From positions 246,140,001-246,204,000 of the forward strand of contig OZ024740.1 of NCBI GenBank assembly GCA_964016885.1: a stretch of DNA of 64,000 bases, in the 5' to 3' direction. The stretch is from Eledone cirrhosa. Its lineage: Eukaryota. The notes below the pieces were generated by a model. The model saw nothing but the letters and a program-made list of their open reading frames with translations, ran no database searches and was not told where the DNA came from. Shown here one piece after another: positions 55,640 to 64,000 of the stretch (its first letter is position 1; each line of letters opens with the position of its first letter). A program made the position numbers and the translations under genes.

Positions 55640-57070
55640 AAAAAAAAATATGGAGATGGAACGTTTGGAAGCTAAAAGACTTTTCAGTTAAATATGGGTT
55701 TAGAAAGGCCCTACAGGATGCATTTGATGAGAGGGTTGATGAGCTAAATATATATAACGAAGAGGACTATTGGGAATTCTTACATGACAACCTTCTGCAA
55801 ACAACTGATGAGGCTTGTGGCTGGAGTAAAGTGCTAGCTAAAGAGAGTGACTTGGTAGTGGAACATCACAGTAGATATAGCCATTAAAGCCAAGAGACTG
55901 GCATGTAAAGACTGGACAAATGGAGGTCGCAAAGACAAGTATCAGGTAGCTAAGAGAGAAGGTAGGCAATAGGTATACACAGCTCGGAGAGAGGCTGAAG
56001 AAAGTAAATTTACTAATGTTTTGAGATGTGAGGATCAGAGATGTGAAGTGTCCCATATTGCTTGGCAGTGTGTTAGTGTGAATCAAGATGTTGTTGGGGG
56101 AAAATGTGTTAGATAGGACACTGGTGCACTTAGTACTACTGATGCTCAAAAGAAAGAGGCCTGGAAATGTTACTATGAGAGATTGATGAATGTAGAGAAT
56201 GAATGGGAAGAGGAGAGGCCACTCCCAACTTATTCAGTAGAAGAACCAGCTATTGAAGCTGACAGTTATAGGGTCAACAACGCATCAAAGAGATGAAGAA
56301 TGGTAAAGCTGTGGGACTGTCAGAGATAGTTGCTGTGATGCTAAAAGCATCAGGAGAAGTAGAGGTTGAACTAGTAAGCCACATAGTCAATGAGGTAATA
56401 CAGGACCAAATCATATCCAATAACTGGTGCAGCAGTGCAATCATAAATTGCTACAAGGGTAAAGGTGATACTCTAGAAAAGAGCAACTATGGAAAATAAA
56501 AGTAATGGACCAAGTTATAAAAGTGATGAAAAGAGTTATAGAACAGCTATTTAAGGAAAGAGTAAAATTAGATGAGATGCAGCTTTGTTTCATGCCTGGA
56601 GAAAGACACTACAGATGTAGTACTTTTAGTGAGACAACTACAAGTTCTTAGCCAAGGATTAGCCACTATATTTAGCTTTTGTTGATCAAAGTACCTTGAT
56701 CGATTATCTAATGGTTCTTAAGGAAATTAGGTGCAGAAGATTGGCTTGTGAGAGTGGTGCAAGCCATGTACAGGGGAGCTCTCAGTAAAGTGAGAGTAAG
56801 AAGTGAGTTTAGTGATGAATTCAAGGTACAGGTGCTGTTCATCAGGGTTCGATTCTTAGCCCACTAAGACCTTTTGATTCTAGGCCATGCTTGATGAAAT
56901 GCATTTTGGATTTGTGCCAGGTAAAAGTACCATGGATGCTCTTTCTCATAAGACAACTGTAAGAGAAGTACCTAGCTAAAAGTAAACCTCACTACATAGC
57001 TTTTGTTGACTTGGAGAAAGCCTTTGACAGAGTCCCCTGTTCCATTATCTGGTGGGCCCTTAGAAAACTA
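55640..57070 (+). mobile_element. Decayed RTE internal fragments (linker and RT; two pieces)
   Basis: WKLKD, NCYKGKGD, FVDLEKAFDRVP and IIWWALRKLG remnants homologous to ORF 5306-8572. Confidence 0.85.
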
Positions 57071-58686
57071 GGAAGAAGGCCTCATAAAGCTAGGGCAATG
57101 AATCTGATCTCCAAATTAAGTGAAAATGGTTTTGACTTCCAAATCATGCAAAAACAATTCCTTTTTCAGAAAACGTAAATGTTTGGCTGTTATTTCTAGC
57201 ATGTCGAGCAACCATGTAGCTGTTGAAATTTTACCGTAGCTGCCCCCTTTCCGAAAAATATCTGTCTCTATTTTGAAAAATGGAAGGCTTAAGCTAGGGT
57301 TAGGGAATCCCATGAAAGAAAACTCCATGGGAGGAGAAAAGTCTGAGGGTCTGCCCTCTCTTCCGTTTTCCGGAGAAAAATCATTTGCAGCATAGTCAAA
57401 GATGAAATTAGATAGCTCACAAACAAACCAAAGAAATATAATTATTTCCAACAAAAATCAAGAGGGTGTTCTAAGAATTTACTGAATTTCTATCATAATT
57501 TACTTTTATGGGTTTTTTTAAATTTCAAATTTGTTGTTGATCTCACAGAATTTGTTATGCCAATAATATTAGAATCACTATTCACAATAAGTATTAAGAA
57601 AATATATCAAGTTTTGAATAAAATTTCATTATTTTCTTTAACGCGGGTAACGTTGGGTACTTCTGCTAGTTTATATATATCTTAACCTCCATATATATGT
57701 GTGTAAGTAGTAGTGCTGGGGCCACAAAGTTCACATGGGTTCATGTTAAGAAAGGTATCCAACTGTAGAAACCATGCCAAAGATGGAACATATGAGCAAG
57801 ATGTGGTTTCCTGATGCATCTAGTGTCAAACAATGCTAACGCATCCAACCCATGCTGGCATGGAAAATGGATGTAAATTATTATTTATCATATATACATA
57901 TTCACATCATCACCATCATTTAGTGTCCATTTTCCCTGTTAGCAGTAGTGAGATACTAGGCTTTGCTAAGGAAACATGTCACAGTTGCTGACCAATTTCT
58001 TGAAAATGATCATTGTAATTCTGTATACTATAGAAATTGTTATTGTAAAGCCCGAACAAAGGTGCAAATGTCCGATATGGTTGAATAGAGAGGGGTTAAT
58101 GGTATTTACTTATGTGCTTCTCACTAACCTCAAATTCTGTTTGACTCAACTCTACCATTCATTCTTTGAAGGGTTGAAAAATAAGTTTTTGTAAAATACT
58201 AGGATCAATTTCATACACTACATCCTGTTTGAGGTTTTATTCATGTTAGAAATCATTGCTAGAGGTAGTAGCAACTGATCATGGGCTTGATCAGAACTCA
58301 CTTTGGGCTAAACAACAGCAAAAATAGCAACAGTTTTATTCCTTTTATACTTATGGAAAGAATGTAAGGGTAGATTTGATTTTTTTTCTATAGTGCTTGT
58401 ACTACAAAAAACTACATTCTGTACATTTCAAAATGGTTGGTGTTAGGAAAGGCATCCAGCTGTAGAAATCATGCCAAAAATTGAAACATGGGAACTTGAT
58501 GGGGGTCCTCCAAATAATATAGGGGACTGTACTTCTGAATAAAAACTAATTTAAACTAACTTGTCCAACCCTTGCCAGTGGAGAAAATAAATTTAAAATG
58601 ATGATGATGACCACCACACCAGGTTCCCTCTATCCACCTGCATATTTCCTTTACGGCTTTACTGATTCTGTTTCTCTTTTTTTCAG

Positions 58687-58814
58687 CCCATTGCGTCAGA
58701 AGAGTCCGTCAACCCTACCAAGCCCTACCCAGCAACAGCACCAGACCCCATGTCCACCCACATCTCCAAATTCCGTCAAAAAGACTCACCATCGTTCACG
58801 ATCAGATGCCACAG
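58687..58814 (+). CDS. PI4KB: Phosphatidylinositol 4-kinase beta, internal exon (Pro/Ser-rich linker and RSxSDAT motif)
   Basis: Strong pyrimidine tract then cag|C CCA TTG...GCC ACA G|gtttgt, 128 nt, in phase: (R)PLRQKSPSTLPSPTQQQHQTPCPPTSPNSVKKTHHRSRSDAT. Compare vertebrate KRTHQRSKSDAT. Confidence 0.88.
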
Positions 58815-59009
58815 GTTTGTACCACACTTCTACCTTTGTGTATGTGTGTAAAATGTTAATTAGCATTGGCTGTTAATTAGCATATTTGATAGCGTATAAG
58901 ACTCATGGACATATACAACAACCAGCTCCCCCATTTCAACAGGAAGTATTAGGAACATTTTTTTAATGTATGTGTGTAATTACAGGTAAGCATCTAATGT
59001 TTTTAAAAC

Positions 59010-59883
59010 ATGTAGCTAAGACAAAAGTGTTGACGAGTAGAAAAGTGGACAAAACTCTGATTCCATCAGAGAAATGGCCATGTTTGATATGCAGAAAAGG
59101 AACTAGCATAAATTCTATAAAATGCACACAATGCAGATCCTGGGTACACAAGAGATGTAGTGGGATAGCAGGCAACTAACAGGTAGGGAGAAATACGTAT
59201 GTAGTAGATGTACAGGGAAATTAGACAGTAGAAGTCGCATTGATAGACACATTTTTCAAATGCAGGCGGGTGCTATAGAAGTGGTGGATAGCTTCCGGTA
59301 CTTAGCATGGGAGGGGGGTGTTCCGAGGCCATAGTATCTAGAATGACAGGTTGGAAGAAGTTTAGGACCTGCTTCCTCTGCTGATGAAGAAGGGTTTCTC
59401 CCTGCGTATGAAAGGCCGGTTATATTATGCCTGTGTGAGGTGCGCGATGCTGCATGGTAGTGAGACATAGGCAGCAACTGCAGAGGATATGCGGTGGCTG
59501 GAGAGAAATGAGGCAAGCATGCTCCGTTGGATGTACAATGTCAATGTGCGTGAACGACCAAGCATGGATGTGTTGAAAGAGAAACTGTGACTGAGAAGGA
59601 TAGAATGTAGTGTGCGAGAGAGGAGACTGCGGTGGTATGGACATGTGATGCGCATGGAGGATGACCGATGGGTGAAGAAGTGCCAGGAAATGCCAGTTGA
59701 AGGAAGACGTGGTAGAGGTAGACCACGAAAACCATGGGTGGAGGTGGTGAGAACAGACCTCAGATCGCTGAAGCTCACGGTGATGACGACAAAGGACCGT
59801 GACGGGTGGAGAGATGCTGTGCTGAATAAGACCCGTCCCACCCTTGCAAGCAGGGAAAAGCGGACGTAAATTGATGATGATGA
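59010..59883 (+). mobile_element. RTE (second subfamily) 3' part with stops, PHD-like cluster and TGA tail
   Basis: KWPCLICRKG...[23 protein letters not shown], stop at 59869 followed by TGATGATGA. Confidence 0.9.
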
Positions 59884-62211
59884 AACTGGATCTTACATGT
59901 CATCAATTATGGTAGCTTGATGCGCTTTAGAACACCAGATGACTTATCATATATACTGGTATATAAGCCAATATGTAACAAAAAAAATGATATATTATAT
60001 ATATTTTGCCTGTTTTCACCAACTTCAAATTCTACTACATCAAGTTCACTACATAAAGCTTGATTAACTTTTACAATTACACCTGTCTTGCACTGGTTAT
60101 GATTTTTATATGCATTTTGATGTTTTGAACTAATGTAGCCTTCAAAACCATAAAAGGTTATTCGTTTTTTACTTAACTGTGGAGTTGGGGGCACCCACAG
60201 AGTTTTTGGAATATTACACTGGTTTCGCTTTGGAGGTAAAATATTACACCAGTTTTACTTTGGAGGGGAAATTTGTTTTTCCTATTGATTTTGATGTTTG
60301 GAATGAATATAGCCTTCAAAACAGTTGGTAATTATTGTTTGTTTTTTTTTGTTAACTAAGTGAGGGACATGTTTGGCACGAGACAGATTTAATTATAAAA
60401 ATCTACCTAAACCTTTAATACATGTACAATATTAAAAGGTTTCCAAAATTTTTAAGGTGCACATTTCATTTGATGTTTATATTAAATAAAGGTCTGTTAC
60501 ATTCGGGAGTGGCTGGAATTAAACAAAAATTTGCGAAACTTGTTGAAACATTATAAAACTGATGAAATAGCAAAATATTATTACGTAATGGAATTGTGAA
60601 ACAAAAACTATAATTTAAACAACACTTAAAACATTTAAAATTTCTAAATATTTAAACTTCATAAATATATTCTCCACTCATGAAAATTTCAAAACTGCAC
60701 CATCTAGACATAATGTGCCTCAGTTTATACATGGTGTTTGGATTTTTGCCCATTTCTCAGACAGAAAATACAAAGTCGGCTTATATTCAGATTGGCTTAT
60801 ATTCGAGTATATACCATTTATTTTTATGATGATGATAATGATTTTGATGAAAATAATGATATAAGAGCTTTTTGCATTGTTACTGTTATTTCTTTTTCAG
60901 TGTTTCATGTAATCTGCATTGCATTGTGCAACACCATGCACATAATTGCATCTTGTACACACACAAATACATATATACACACTGACTTTCACAAGTTGAA
61001 CATCAATTGACTTCATCATTTAAGGATGACCTAGAAAGGGCACTAATTCTCATTCCCCACTTCTTCATTGGAATGGGTTCCATCAGTTTCGACAATGCAT
61101 GTTTCAGTTGCTTCATCAATAGAACAACATGATCATGAATTTAACATGTAAGGAGCTGAGCATTCCACAGACACAGGTACAATCTATTTGACATGCTTTC
61201 AAACAGTTTTCATCATCCAAATTTCACTCAAGTATTGGTTGAGCTGAGGCAATGGTGTCCAAGATGCCATACAATGGGATCAAACCCAAGACCTAATGAT
61301 TGCAAAGCAAACCTTTTAACCATTCAGCCATGCTGCATCTACTCTTTCCATTAAATAATACTGAAAATACATATGCATACACATTCATACACAATCACAT
61401 TAAGATTATGGTGTATGCACAGAACAGACATAAGATTATATTACACCCTACACACAAACAGACACTAAATTGGGTCCAAAATACCCTGTAATATCTGCAC
61501 TCTGTGTTCAAGTGCTTCTGAGAGCAACTTTGCTTTTCATCATTTTGGAATTAAGTACCAGTCCAGGATGGTGGATTGGCAGAAATGTTAATGTTGGATG
61601 TGGTGTTTTGTGCTATTTGTTGTGTGATCAGTGTTTGTAGCCTACTTCCTGTAACCAGAAAAATAATATGTGACTGGGGCCCCTATCATTAAAGCACATC
61701 AAATTCCTCTATGAAATGCAACCTCATAGGAGGCTGGTGAAACAACAAAACTATACCTCACACATCATCAGACATTAAATTGGGTCTGACATGCCCAACT
61801 CTATATACTACCAGATACTAAATTGAGTTGAACATGCCAATACAACTTTCCCCATCATCACCACACACTAACACGATCTGACTGGCCACATTATTCCCTA
61901 TACAACCTGTCTGCATAAACTAGATACCGCTTGTCCTTGACTGTTACACTGCTCTCTAGATAATTTATATCAGATACATCTGCTCACTGCCATATTGTCC
62001 TCCAGATGATCCATACCAGATACATCATATAATAACTGCCATATTGTATTTCAAATGATCTAAACTAGATACAATATATGTTCACTACCATACTGCATTA
62101 TAGATGATCTATACCAGATACAACATATCTTCATTGTCACACTACATTTTATACAATCTGGCTCTGTTACACTACACTCTGTGCAACAAAAATGTGGATT
62201 TTGTATACAAT

Positions 62212-62720
62212 TTGAAGGAGGTAAATTCCTCATCTGGGATGTGACATGCTGTGACACATTCTCCGCCTTCAACTTCGTCACCTTGGCCACAAACCCCAGT
62301 ACAGCAGTTTACAATGCAGAAGATAGGAAGACAAGCAAATACTGTAGCTTGTCTGGGCGTTTCCTCTTTGCACCAGTTGCTGTCGAGACCTCAGGCATCC
62401 TTGGACCCCAAACAGCTGAGCTCATCCAATAGCAGCTCGTCTGAGGAAGGAGCCCCATGATTGGGGTGACTGTTGCAGCGTGTGTCAGTTGCCATTGTGT
62501 GCGGAAATGCCGTTGCAATTTTGTCCATGGGGCGCAGCCGAAACCCTGCTCTGACCTTAGGTGTAGTGTCTGTCTCCCTCTGCTCTTCTTCCTTTGTCTA
62601 GTAGTCCTTGCTCTTTTTCCTCCAATTCTGCTCCAATTTCCTCCTTATCCTCCAATGCTGCTCTCTTATGTTTATATAAACTTTACTATGAAATAAAATC
62701 TTATACTTTGACAAATAAAA
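62212..62720 (+). mobile_element. 3' fragment of an RLE-type (CRE-like) non-LTR retrotransposon
   Basis: GKFLIWDVTCCDT...AEDRKTSKY..L...F.PVAVETSG..GP followed by QRVSVAIVCGNA. This is the restriction-like endonuclease C-terminal pattern. AATAAA repeats lie at the end. Confidence 0.7.
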
Positions 62721-64000
62721 TTTATATACCTGACATATCCAGACCTAATACAAGCTGCAATGTGTTGTATGCCTGACATATTATACCTATTGGATGGTCA
62801 AGGAACAACTTGATTGTTCTCATCCAACATTCTGTTTATTCAATCAAGTCAATGACAGATCTGTATGGATGCAAAACCTTTTCAAATTTTTGAATTGCAT
62901 AAATTTATTCTTTTTATCATTTTCACTAACCAGATGATAATGTATCACAATACAAACTTTGTTCTAATTTAATCAAGTTTCTTGTATTGGATAAAGCATC
63001 TTTAAAAGGTCTATACGTTTTGCTTTGTATGTGTATGTTGTACATATGTATGTATGTGTGTATCCATATGTGTAAGAGTATATGTTTCCACGGGTGTTGT
63101 TTTCTATTGTATTTTCTTTATTCATTATGCATTTATTTCTCACCTTCCAATCTGTTTTCTCATCAGGTTTTCAGTCCTAAGCATGTCCTCTCTAAAGCTG
63201 TAAATATTATTGTTGACCATTATATGTTGCTCATGATATGTTTCAGATTACTTTAGATTATTCTTTGAAATAACTCAACTTTAGTCTCTTCTATAGAGAT
63301 TTAAAAATCAACAACAAAAAACAAAGCTTATTTGCGTTTATTATACTCCTGTGTATCGATTGACATACATTTATTTTTGTGTGCTGTGTGTGTGTGGCTG
63401 CATGTCTAACAGGTTTGCTTTCCAACTGTGTTGTTTGGGGTCTACTCTTACTGTATTGCACCTTAGGCAAGTGTCTTCTACTGCAGCTTCAAGTTTATCA
63501 AAGCTTTGTTGGTAAACTTTGGTAGATGTAAATTGTGTGAAGGCTTGTCAAGAAAACTGTTCTTGTTTTGGGGCGGTAAACTTAGTGTCACCCAGTTTAA
63601 CACCAACGTATGAGGTGGAGCAGCATACTCTACACCCCAGTCTAGGCGGTATATCTCAGCTGCACCTTGCAGACATGATGGCAAATGCATTGTTCCAGAG
63701 AGCAGCCAGCAACACTTGCTGCATCAGCCACTCCACCTCACAGGGTTCTTTCCTCAGATGAGATTCATTCCTACAAATTTGGTGGAGGAAAATGGCAATT
63801 CAAAGGCTTTGATGGTGACTGGTACGAAAAGGAATCGGTCAGTCAAGCTATTATATTTATATATGTGTATGCCTGTGTATATACATATTTGTATAGAATT
63901 AGCATTGTCATCAAATTTGGTGCCGGTAGAAACATCTTGTTAGCTGATCAAAGCAAAAACATAATGTAAGAATTATATATTTCATTGCTGTACTTCGATA

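Noticed and set aside
60901-61010. Candidate exon after TCTTTTTCAG
   Set aside because: The translation has no PI4KB similarity and there is no clear donor site.

Overview
AT-rich eukaryotic DNA, most likely a cephalopod (Octopus-like) genome. This assignment is an inference from the very long (TA/TATG)n microsatellites, the RTE-clade LINEs with (CAT)n tails and the Meta/MESC-type SINEs. The only host gene I can support is three spliced + strand coding exons of phosphatidylinositol 4-kinase beta (PI4KB: 43400-43517, 52652-52786, 58687-58814; GT-AG introns with compatible phases). The preceding exon was not found, so 1-43399 is probably intron. The rest is repeats: one intact full-length RTE LINE (ORF 5306-8572, APE + RT + PHD-like finger), many truncated or decayed RTE/BovB/Rex3/CR1/CRE fragments, SINEs, MITEs and Helitron-like ends. 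The standout signal is a set of small non-coding elements sitting in (TA)n tracts that carry minimal type I hammerhead ribozymes (CUGANGA...GAAA, covarying stems, palindromic stem III). Three of them are long fold-back inverted repeats with a hammerhead on each strand (9252-9608, 11754-12525, 17626-19058). The last of these is a ~470-nt tandem unit folded back on itself, and a diverged single copy lies at 39444-39813. They resemble Penelope pLTR / non-LTR retrozyme elements. All long YI/IY/CV-rich ORFs in the track are microsatellite artefacts. No CRISPR, rRNA or true tRNA genes were seen.
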